This document shows, piece after piece, positions 31,001 to 43,000 of a stretch of DNA of 64,000 bases. Positions within the stretch are counted from its first letter, which is position 1, and every line of letters starts with the position of its first letter. The notes below the pieces were generated by a model, which worked only from the letters and a program-made list of their open reading frames with translations, ran no database searches and was not told the DNA's origin. The stretch comes from an uncultured Verrucomicrobiae bacterium (GTDB lineage Bacteria > Verrucomicrobiota > Verrucomicrobiia > Limisphaerales > Palsa-1400). The position numbers and the translations under genes were made by a program. The stretch is from contig CAVXRD010000003.1 in assembly GCA_963764165.1 (NCBI GenBank), positions 352,001 to 416,000 of the forward strand. The letters are read 5' to 3'.

Positions 31001-34000
31001 AGACCCAATCGGTTGGGATTCATAGACGCCGTTGGATGCCAGCGTAATCAATTGGGGTGTGTCATTGACGTTCGTAATGGTGATGAAAACCGTGGAGAGA
31101 CTCTTGACGCCCGAGTATCTGTCTTGGGCAAAATAATTGAACGAGTCGGAATGCGCGACGCCGCCGTTCTGTGTGTAGGTGAACGTGCCGTCCGTGTAGA
31201 GCTGCAGTGTTCCATGCTGCGGCTGCGATTCCGCAACTGCGGTAAGCGCAAGCGGGTTCAAGTAATCCTGATCTCCGTTCAGAATGGAATTCGCCCCGTT
31301 GGTCAGGACAGAAACCGACTGCCCGGCAGCCACGCTCACAAATTGATTGGTGGCCACCACGTTGAGCTGCGGGGCGACAGAGATGTCAAATTTGTACGGG
31401 TGCGCCCCGGTGTAGATGCCATAGTCCTCCGCCTGCCACGTAAAAGAATCGAGGCCTGAAAACCCGTAATTCGGGACGTAGACAAACTCGATTTGCCCCC
31501 AATACTGGTCGAAGTCGATTTCTTCACCGGCCGTGATGGCTCCGTAATAAACAAAATACAAGGTTCCGTTCGTTGGCACCGTATCAAATATAACCCCAGT
31601 CATTCCGGCTCCGTTAATTTCAGCCTGATTGTAAAACGCATCGGATGAGAACTCGAAGAAAGAATCGGTAACCGGTCCGGACTGGCACCAAAGATTGACC
31701 GGTTGGTAAACAGCGGCTTCCAACTGGCCGGACGGCGAAACCAAGACCAGGTCAAGCGCCCCGTCTCCATTCAAGTCCGCCATCGCCGCCGCCGTCGCAT
31801 TGCCAATGGTGCCTTGATTGCCCAATAGCTGCCTTCCGGCGTTGGTCTGAAAGTAAACGCTGACCTCAGGCATGACCGCGGCGCCACTGGCGGCCACCGC
31901 CAAATCGCCATAATGGTCTCCATTGATATCACCCACGCAGAGAGCGTTCGGATTTTCTGCCGCCACACTGCAATAGTATGTGAACGAGCCATCGCCCTTG
32001 CCGCCCCAAATCTGCGCAGCCCCGTTCGTCATCGCCACGAGATCGAGGTGGCCGGAATTCAAAAAATTGCCAGCCACCACGCGCTGGTAACCGCCGGTCG
32101 CCGAGGGAAGTCCGGCCCCGGAGCCAAGCTCAAACGTCGCATCGCCTTGATTGAGCCAGACATGCCCGGCTGTGGAGTCGCCATGCACCACATAGGCGTC
32201 GAGCTTGCCGTCGCCGTTAAAGTCGCCCACCGCCACACTGACCGCGTTCGATTCCGGGATGGAAATTCCCGCATTGGCAAAATTGCCTGCGCCTCTGTTT
32301 AGCCAGGCCTGTGCGTTGGTTGGCGTCAATACGAATAAATCCATCAGCCCGTCGTTGTTCAAATCGCCCAGCGCGAAATCCGCCGCCGAGGCTGAGTAAG
32401 TTGACGCGAGCGCAAAAACGCCGGAGTCCGAATTGGTCCACACTTCAATATTGCCGTTTCGCAGCAGGATCGCATCAAGCAAGCCGGTGCCGCGCACGTT
32501 GCCAAGGACGATTTTTGACGCCGCACCGCTGCCAAGAGTCTGGCCGGAATCGCTGAAAGTTCCCGAAATGCCGTTGGTGAGATAGCTGCCCGTGCCATTG
32601 TTGGTCAGGATTCGGCAGCCGGTGCTCGTGGAAACGAAGAGGTCGATGGATTTATCGCCATTCAAATCCCCTGCCTGCACAAGATTTGCCGTGTAGTTGC
32701 TGGCGGCGTTGATGGGCAGCGCATTGCTAAACGCGCCGTCCCAACTGGAGACGTCATTAAAGAATTCCCACGTTTGAGGAATGGCGGGGAAGCCCTGCGA
32801 AGAAAGCACCGACGAACCGACCGTCACAAACACTTGCTCGCCGGGATGCAATCCAAGATTGGGATTCAGATAAATTGTCGATCCGTTCAACGCCAGCGCC
32901 CCGTTCCCGAAACTCAAGCGGCCCGATTCCGATCCATAAGCGTCGACGCTTTGGTCGTTGATGGTCGATGTGTTGACCCCGTTCGGCAGCGAAATGGTGA
33001 GCCCTCCAGTCTGTGTAAAAACAGTGTTGGGAGCTGTGCCCGACTCGGCGAGCGTGGGCACAATATAACTGAATGTGGCTGACCCGGATTCGATGCTGCA
33101 GCCGGAAGGATAAGTCGCCTGCATGCGATAAGCATTTCCGTTTTCTGCCGCGCTGGCGGCGAAAGTGAGGTTTGTGGTGGACACGCCCGAGTATGACCCG
33201 GCATTGGGAAGATTCGTAAATGCGCCGCCGCCGATGCTCACCTGCCAGTTGAACGTCGCGCCGCTGGTGGTTGAAACATTCGCGCTAAAGCTGGCGGTCT
33301 GGCCGGAGATGGCCACCACATTGGTCGGTTGGGCGGAGATGGTGAGCACAGTTGACTCCTGCGGCTCATACGCGCCGGGTGTCACGGTGCCGCCGGACAA
33401 TCGAGGCAGTCCCTCCAGATCCGTCGTTGAGGCTCCGGCTTGCGCCACTTGGCCGCTGGCGATCACCGGTGAGCAAGGTGTCAGATGGTAATCGCCGCTG
33501 ATCGTGGGCGCGCCGGCCGGGCTGACAGGCGAGACGAAATAAGGATCGCTGGCAGACTTATTGTTTGGAGCGCCATTGTCCCAGACAATGCAGTTATACA
33601 ACGCGAATCCCACCTGCCCCGGGTAGTAAGTCGTCACGCCGGGGCCGCCGTTGCCAGCAAATGTGCAATTGCGGAAGGTTGCGGTCCCGCTATTGTCGAT
33701 CGCCCCCGCTCCGGCGTTGCCGCTGAACAGACTGTCTTCGAACGTCGCCGTGGGATTATAGCCTTGCGCGCCGATCACGACCGCATTGCCACCAGTGTTC
33801 CCGCGGAAGGCCGAGCGCTGAACCAACAAGGTAAATCCGTGTTGAACCGAAATTGCCGTTGCGTTGCTTTGGAATTGGGAGTCGGTAATGGTGGCCGAGC
33901 CGACATTCAACAGGGCGACGCCTGTTTCAGTTCCAGCAAACAAGCTGCCTGAGATGGTGACATTTCCGATCTGCACATTCACCCCCGCGTTTGCGCCGGT

Positions 34001-37000
34001 AAACACTGAATTCTGGACCAGCGCGCTGGCGTTTTGCAGGGAGATGCCCGTGTTTGCGAACGTGTCGTTGGTAAGCGTGAGGGCGGTAAGCGAAGAAGTT
34101 CCGTATACGGCGGCATCGCAATTTGTAAATGTGCAATTGGCGACGGTGACGTTGGTGGCTCCTTCCTCTGCTCCTGTTGCGCCTTCGTTATTGTAGCCGG
34201 AAGTCCACACAATCGCGGAATTCGCGCCGCTCATCTGGAAGCCGTCGATCCGGCCCAGGCTCAAAGGCGTCACGGCGGCTCCAGCCACCGCGTTGAAGCT
34301 GGTTACCGGGAGAGAAAAGATCACGGCGGCCAGGGGGTTGTTGGGCGAATAGGATCCGGTGGGATTCAACACCGTCAGGTTAGTGGTCCAATTCCGCTGG
34401 AGCAGATTGGTTTCGGTTCCATTGAATCCGCCGTAAAGCAATTGCCCGGTATGCAGCGTCCCGCCCTTATATGCGCCAGCCTCGCACCAAATCTCCGTCC
34501 CGGATGGGTCGCACGGAAGGGAGAGCGCGTGAGTGATTGTTTTGAAGGCCGTGGCCCACGTCTGGCCGTCGCCCGAATCATCCGGCATATTGGCATTGAC
34601 GTAATAACGAGTCGGATAAACTTTCAACGCGGCCTCTTGGGACACCGCGACGCAGCCTTCCGAAGTGGTAATCACGCAGCGCGCCAACGCGCCGTTCAGA
34701 TTCAACGGCGGCTGGGTGAGTTCGAGGGTCGCGGACGTTGCTCCGCTGTAAGTCGCGCTATTTGCCACGGGCGCGAATGCAGCCCCGGGCGCGGCCAATT
34801 CCCATTGATAAGTCAACCCGTCGCCAGTGGCCACAACTGAGAATGTATTCGTCGCGTCGGACGCGTAAACCAAACTGAGCGGTTCCGCCGTGATAAGAAG
34901 CGGCGTGGCTGAACCGGAGCCGACTTGATAAGGGCCGAGATCAACGTGGCCACCGGTCAAGCGCGGCTGGCCAGTGAGGTCCACGGAAATGGCCAAGTCA
35001 TAACCTGCATTGCCTAATCCAAACAGAGGCGAGCAGCCAGCCAATTGAAAATTTCCATTGGTGCTTGGCGCGCTGCCGGCGTCAAGCGGGGCCATAAAGA
35101 TAGGATCCTTGTTGACCAGCGCGCCCCCGCCCAAAATGTGCAACCCTTCAATATCGTCATTGTCCAAGGCAAACAGGTTGGCGTAATTGTTCGTATAGTC
35201 CGAGGCCACCTGCTGTTGTTCTTCGGTCAACGCGGTCGCAACGTTGGTTGGGTCGGATCGGTTCCCCCAAACGACTGAGTTCACCATCGTCAGTGTGAAC
35301 AGGCCGCCTTCCACCACGCCGCCGCCTGCCGCGGTGGCATAATTTCCGGAAATCGTCGAATTCACCGCCGTCGCCTGGCCATCTGCATAGAGACCGCCAC
35401 CCTTCGACGCACGATTGCCTGTCAATAGAACGTCATCGAGCTGGTCGGGCCCGACAATGACATTATAGTAGCCCGCTTCATAGTAGCCCTGGTTCTGCGT
35501 ATAAACTCCGCCGCCGTTTCCGCCCGCGCTGTTCCCTTGCACTGCGGAATTAATCAGCGTCGCACCCGATTCGATCAGGCTAAGGCCGCCGCCCTGGCCG
35601 CCAGCGATGTTGCCCCGCACAACGCAATTGACCAGCGTCACCGGCGATTCAATCAGGCTGACCCCGCCGCCGTTGCCGGCGGTCTGATTGTTGACAATGG
35701 CACAGTTGGTAAATTGCGAACTGGATAATTGGGCCGTCACACCGGAGCCGGCGCAATCGCGGACGATTAGATTTCGCAAGGTCGTCGAGGTGCCAACGAT
35801 CTGCACGCCGCTCGAGCTGATCCCGTTTCCTTCAACGATGAACCCGTCCAGGACAGTCGCTTCGCCATCGAGGGAATTATTGTATTGACCGTCAACTTGC
35901 ACGACCGGGTGGCCGGCGGCATTGGTGAGAATAGTCGGATTGGCATTCCAATCGCGCGCGCTCATGGCCCCGCCGCCCGTTGGAAAACCGCCGTAAATCA
36001 GAAGCCCGTCAGGAATGAAAATATCGTGATAGCCGCTATAGGTTCCCGCAAACGTGCTGCTGGCGCCATAGGTCCCGCTGGCCACGTGAATTTCCGGCTG
36101 GCACGCGCTGGCCGTGTCAATGGCATCCACCAGACTGCGATAGGCATGGGTCCAACTGGTCCCATTTCCGCCGGCGGCCGCGGACGCATCGACGTAAATA
36201 ATGGTATTGGTAGGAACCGTCAACGTGGCGACAGTTGAAGTATAGGATTGCCCAACAAAGATCGCCTGGACTGACAACCCGTTTAGATTGGTCGTGAGCA
36301 GCGGAATGGAAAACGTTCCGACCGAATCGCCACCGGTAAGATTGGTGCTGATGGAAACTGTGGAGCCAGCGATCGTTCCGCCGTTGGTGATGTCGGTCCA
36401 GCCAAGGCCGAGATTATACTGCCATTGGTATACATTGGTCGATCCGCCGACGACTTGGAATTGCGCCGGATCGGCCACGCAGACGTTAGTCGCTTGCGGT
36501 TCAGCCGCAACCAGCACCGCGTTGCGCGCCAGCGGCGATTCAAAAGCGCCGAGGTCGACTGTCCCATCTTGAACGCGGGGATTGCCCGCCAGATCGGTGT
36601 CTCCGCTCTGAACGTAAGCGTTATTGCCGCCATCAATCGCAGGAGAACGGGAACTGAGCGTAAAATCGCCTGCCGCCGCATTGGCAAAGAACGGATTCGC
36701 GGTGAAGGAATTGCCGCCAATGGGCTGGAATTCAAAATTGCAATAATTTGCCGAAACAGTTCCATACGGCACACCTGTGCCGACGTAGGTGTCCCAGATG
36801 ATGCAGTTTTCCAAAGTCGCATAGGCGTACTCGCTGTAGAAAGCGCCAGCGCCGTAGGGCGAGACGTTGTTCGCAAAAGTGCAATTGATGGCCGTGAACT
36901 GGCCTCCGTTGTCGATCGCCCCGCCGTTCTGCGGCGTGGAGTTGCCGTAAAGCAAGCTGTCCATCAAATTAAGCGAGCAGTAAGTGTCGAGAAAAATGGC

Positions 37001-40000
37001 GCCGCCGCCGTCCCCCGCCGAATTGCCCGTGAACACACATCGCTGCACCGTGGCGGCGCTGCCGGAGAAGTACTGAAACGAGTCGAGGGCTATTGCGCCG
37101 CCGTTGCCGTAATTCGTATTATTGACGAAACGGCAATCCGCCGCCGTGAGCTGCGAGCCTATCGCGACCACCGATGACTCGGTGCTATTGCTGATCACGC
37201 AATGGCTCAATTGCAAATCCGACTGCAATCCGTAGAACGCCGTCTGGTTGCCAACCAGCACGCAATTGCTGACAAACATGCTGGCCTGAAAATTCGCCAG
37301 GGCAAGATTCGGGAAATTTGAAATGACGCAATTGAGCACCTGCGGGCTGCCAGCGGTGCAGTTGAACGCGCTCTCGGTCCGGGTGCCCGGAAAGACCAAC
37401 CCATCCACAATCGTATGCTGTCCCGGCGGCTCGGCATACGATTGGTTGAATACAGCACCCAACGTATAATTTGGGTTGACCTGAACGAGGGTGGGATAGA
37501 GCGCCGGATTGCGGCTGCCGACGGCTCCGCCGCCGGTTGGGAAGCCGCCCTCAATTTGAACGCCAGCCGTCAGGTCGGCGCTTTGGTTGAAAGTATAGGT
37601 TCCTTGCGCGACATAAATTGCGGTGCAAGGCCCGGCTTGTTCAATGGCCGAGAGAAGGCTTGTGAACGCATCGGCCCAACTGGTACCGTTGTTTGCGCCC
37701 GTTGCATTCTCATCCACATAAACGACGGTCTGTTGAGAGACCGTTACGGTGACCGGAGCGGAGGTGTATTCCACTGAACCCGAGAGCACGAACTCGAATT
37801 GCGTTCCATTGAACGCTTCGTTCAAATTCGAAACCGTCAATGTGGACCCATTCCCCGGCGCGGAGATAGAATATGGGCCTGCGGCAGGCACCGGCCCAAA
37901 CCCTCCGCCCGTATTAACCAGCCATGCCACAGTCATGCTGCCTGCGCCCAGATTGTTCACTGAAAAGACCGCGCTGCTGCCGAGGCACACGTCCTCGGGC
38001 GAAAAATTGTAGGCCAAATACGCCGGCGTGCTCGCCGTTCCCGCGAACGCGTAAGCGCCCATGTCCACCACTCCTCCGTGGACGCGTGGATTGCCGAGGA
38101 AATCGGTGTCATTCCCCGCGACATTGCCTTGGCTGCCAGATCCGATCGCAGGCGACACCGGGGCCAATTGATAATTGCCGGCCGGTTCATTGACAAATAA
38201 CGGCGCATAGGAAATGTCATCGCGAGTCCAGTCCTGCAATATATCCAGCCCTTGGACAAGGCTGTGATTGATGTAAACACCGGCGTCCGCGCCGTAAACT
38301 TGCACTTGCTCAGTCGTATAGTAGGGCGACGCGCTGGCATTGCCCCAGAAGATGCAGTTGTAGGCGTTAAGCGATCCGCCCTCCAGAAACACCCCTTCGC
38401 CGTTCTGGGCGCCGAAGTTGTCCGCAATCGTATCATTGACAAATAGCATGGCCGTGTCCGACCCAAAAATCGCGGTGGAAAGGACGTTCGCATTGTAGGT
38501 TTGATTGCCCGACACCAGGGAATCCAGCATTGTGACTGATCCATTATATGCATTGATGGCCGGCCCATTGCTGCTGAACTGGCATCGCTCAAGCGTGATC
38601 GCCGAAGAAGACGATTCCATAGCTTCCGCCCCGGGATTATTGACAAACTGGCAGTTGGTAAGGTTTGCCGATGTTTGGTCCGCCAGGAAAAGGTATCCAG
38701 TGTTGCCGGTGAACTCGCATCCCGTCAGACCCAGGTTGGTCGAATACTGCGCAATGATTGTTTCGCTTCCGCTGTTGCCGGCAAAAACGCAGTTGCTCAG
38801 TTGCAACCCGCTCGAAAATTCCGAGTTAACGGCGATTGCGTTGCTGACAAAGAAGCAATTTTGAATCGTGGGCTGCCCGTTGAGCGCCAAAAATCCCGTG
38901 GGCGCCCCGGTGACATAGAATCCGTCCAGCAGCGCGGAATTCGAAACGTTATTGTAGGCCACGAACGCATAGCCACTCGAATCCGCTGTTATCGTGGTGA
39001 CGTTATTGGAATAGTTTCTTTGGGATAGCAATGTCTCACTGCCATTGAAACCGCCGAGTATCTGGACTGTGCTGTTCAGTTGAAGGTCCTCCCCGCCAAC
39101 ATATGTTCCGGCCGCGACCCATATTTGAGCGCACGAAGTGGCCTCGACAGCCGCGACCAGCGACTGATAGGCGGACGCCCAGCTCGTCCCATTGCCACCC
39201 GCTCCCGCTGCCGCGTTGACATAAACCACCGGCTCCTGCGGCGCGGTCAAGGTGACGGGCTGCGTGATATAAGCCCCGTTGTTGACAGAAACGCGGAAGA
39301 CCGAACCGTTAAAGCTCCCAGCGTTGGGGATGAAGAGCACGTTAGTGTTCTGTTCCGCGAGAATCTGCGTCTGCGGCGCAGAATTGATATTAACGAACGA
39401 TGTGCCGTTGAACTGCTGCCATTGATAATAGTTGGGAAAACCCGGAGAGCCTATGATGCTGAAGCTGGCTGCGGAAATCGGGCACGTCGTCAAGTTCGTC
39501 GGCTCGGCGATAAGATAGATTCCGCTTTGCGCAGGCGCGCCAGTCAACTCGTAACAACCCAGATCGGTGCCGCGCCCAGGGCCGGGCCGCGGATTGCCCA
39601 GCAAATCGGCGGAGTCGGCGTTCAATGCCCCGGTGATATATGTTCCGATATTAATCGCGGGTGAATTTGTATTGAGCTGGTAATTGCCAAGAGGCTCGCT
39701 CAGGAAAAGCGGGTCATACGGATACGGGTTGAGGGTGGTGATGGGCGCGCCTTGAATAATCGTGTTGTTGACATTGTAACCCGATGACGACGATGATTGG
39801 TTGTCCAGTTGCGCGGCGAAGACGGATGGCCCGCCTTTGTTGTTCCACAAAATCGAGCTTTCAACTGTGCATCCCGGCGCAGCCAGATACAATCCGCCGC
39901 CCTGCCCGGGCGCGATGTTGTCCGCAATAGTGCAGAAGTCCACGTCGAGGCTGCTCCCGCTGTAAAAAATTCCGCCGCCGTCAAATGTCGACTGGTTGCC

Positions 40001-43000
40001 TGCCAGGAGCGAGCTGCCGAGCACCATGTGGGCGCCGCTCTCCACAAAAATCGCGCCGCCGAAGTTGCCCACGTTATTCGTGAATGCGCAGCGCAATACG
40101 GTGGTGGCGGAAGAGTCGAGGGCGTCAATGGCGCCCGCTGACTGGCCTTTGTTATTGTAAAACTGGCAATCCGTAATCTTGGCCAAAGTGCCATTGTGGC
40201 CGTAGGCCAAAATCGCTCCCGGGCCTGAAGCGCTCTTGTTGCCGGAGAACAGGCAACGCTGCACCAGCAAATTCCCCAGGTTGTTTAAGATGGCGGTGTC
40301 GGAGCCATTGAGAAATTGGCATTGGCTGATCAGCACCTGGTTGGTCGAGTTGACTTCCTCCACCACGATAGCCAGCGCGGTGCAATTGGAAAAAATGCAG
40401 TTCTGCAGGATAGGAGTGGATTGCAGGCTCACTGCCTCCTGGTGTCCCGTGTAGTGAATGTAGAAACCATCGATCACCGTCGCCGAAGTAGTTCCTTGTT
40501 CCGCAACGATGACTGGCGTGGTGGAGGACTGCAGATACGTCGGATTCGCGGCCCAGTTTCGCTGGCTCAGATCGGATTCGCTGCCGGAAAAACCACCGTA
40601 AATCTGCACGCCATTAAATGGGATGAATCCGCCCGCAGGAGCCGTGTAGCTCCCTTGCGCGACCCAAATCTGGCCGCAGGAGATGGCGCTGTTTACCGCC
40701 GTCGTGAGCGACGTCATCGCGTTGGCCCAGCTTGTCCCGTCGCCAGCGCCACCCGTCACGTTTTGATTGACATAAATGATGGAGTGAAACGGCGGCAGGA
40801 CAAAATTCGAAGGTATGATGACTTCTCCCATGTTTGGATTCGAAATAATTCGATACAAATACTGGCCGCTGCTTGTGGGCGGATGGGTAAGAGTAATCGT
40901 CGGCGAGTTGACTCCGCTGGTCATGGCGTCATTCGCCAGCGGCACGAAGCCATTTCCATCAAGGCGATTGACCTGCCATTGGTAATACCCGGAAGGCAGA
41001 GAACCGGCTGAAATTGAAGCTGTGATTTCAAAACTTGGCAAGCCGTCACAAAATTCCGAATAGGAATAGGAAGTCGTTACATGCGACTGATAACCCATGA
41101 TGGCCGGATGTTCGTAAGCGCCGATGTCGATGGCGCCATTAACAACACGCGGATTTCCGGCCACATCCGTCGAGGACAATGCTATCGGGTAACCAATCAG
41201 GGTGCCCGTGTTAATGGCCGGTGAGTTGTTGCTGAGCGTCAGGTTGCCGATCGAAGGGTTTGCAAATTCAGGATTGGCATCGAAAGAGCCGGACTGCGGC
41301 AGCAATGTCAACCCCTGGACGATGCTGTTTTGAACGAGGCCTCTCGCCGCCGAAGTCAGTCCGCGAAATTGCTGGTACTCCACCGAAAGACCGCCGGGAG
41401 ATGTCAGCGAATTGCCCACGAGAATGCTGTTCATCACCTGGCAATTGCTGTTGCCAGTGAAATTCACACCGGCGCTTCCCATTCCCGGGGCCCCGGTCAG
41501 CGTGTTGGAAACAATGGTGCAGTTATAGAGGGCAAGCTCCGTCGCGCCCGCGTATACGGCCCCACCCACGCCGGCCCCGGAATTGCGGAAGAATTCAGAA
41601 TCGTAAATCGTGGTGATCGTCCCCGAGGCGATATCGACCACACTCGTGTTGGTCGAACTGTTGGTGGCGAAGAGGCAGTTGCCGATCGCCAAAATTGGCG
41701 CCGTGCTCATCAGTGAAGCGCCATTGGTATTGCCCACAAACTCGCAGCCGTAAAATGTGACTGAACCGCTGGACGGAGCGCCAGCCACGGCCACCGTGCC
41801 GCCGTCGCCCGCAAAAGTGCAATTGATGGCGGAGCCGTTGTTCAAGTTCAAGCAACTGACGCCGCCCGAAGACACAGGCGCGTTAGACGCAAACAAACAC
41901 CCGTTCAAGCTGCTGTTAGTCGTCGCCAGGGCCTGCAAGCCAGAATTCCGCGTGAACTGGCAATCCTCGGCCAAACTCGAGCTCAGGATCATCACGGCGG
42001 AATCGTTCGGCCCCAGGGCATCTTGCGTAAATTGGCAGTTGGTAATGACGCTGTCCTGCAGGCTTGCGCAAACTCCCTGGTCCTTAAAAGCGCAGGCGTA
42101 AACGGTCGAGCCGCCAGCCGCGTTAAGAGATGGGCCGGATTGGTACTGGAAGTTGCAATCGCTTAGCTCGCTGGAGTAAATACTGGCGCCGGAAAACGGC
42201 GACGTGCTGTTTGTCTTGTTGCTTTCGAAAAAGCAGCCACTGATGCCGCCACCGGAGACGTAGACCGGCAAGGAGTTGTTGCCGGTAAAGCTGCAGCTTT
42301 GCGCTTCAGAGTCAAAAAGCACCAATATGCCCAGCGAATTGCCGTTGGCCTGATTGTTGTTAAATGTGCAATTGAGAAATAAAGAGTTCTCACCAACGGC
42401 GGACGCGCCAAGGTTGTTGTTGAATTGACAATTTGAAACTATCGTGGAGCCGTATGCTTCCAGCAGTGCCGTGGCATTGTCATTTCCTTGCGCGCCATTT
42501 TGGAATGTCAGTCCAGTTACCAATATAGGTTGGTTCGTCGTGTAAGCGATCAATAGCCGTGACTTATTTCCTCCACCGTCGATAATGGTCGGATATTCCT
42601 GCGGATTGCTGTCCGTGATTAAAAATGATCCTTCCGGAACGCCGCCAACCACGGACATGCCTGACTGAACAGTCATTGGGACGGTCGGCTTGTAAGTTCC
42701 GGCAGCCACCCAAACGGTACCGTTGGCCACCAGGTTTGTGGGAATGGCGGGGAAGTTTGTGTATGCCTTGTCCCACGAACTGCCGTCGCCAGGAGGATAG
42801 GTGCTGGCGTTGATATAATAGTTGCTGATGGGTCCCTCAGCGGGAGGTGGGGCTGGAGGAACGTAGTTGCTGACGGCAGCAACGAGGTTGCTGGTGAACG
42901 GGTTGAAGCTGGTGGCCGAGTAGTTGCTGAGGCTGGCGGTGAGACTGCTGGTGAATGGGTTATAGCCGCTGGCCAAGCCTGCCCCTGACACTTCCACAGC

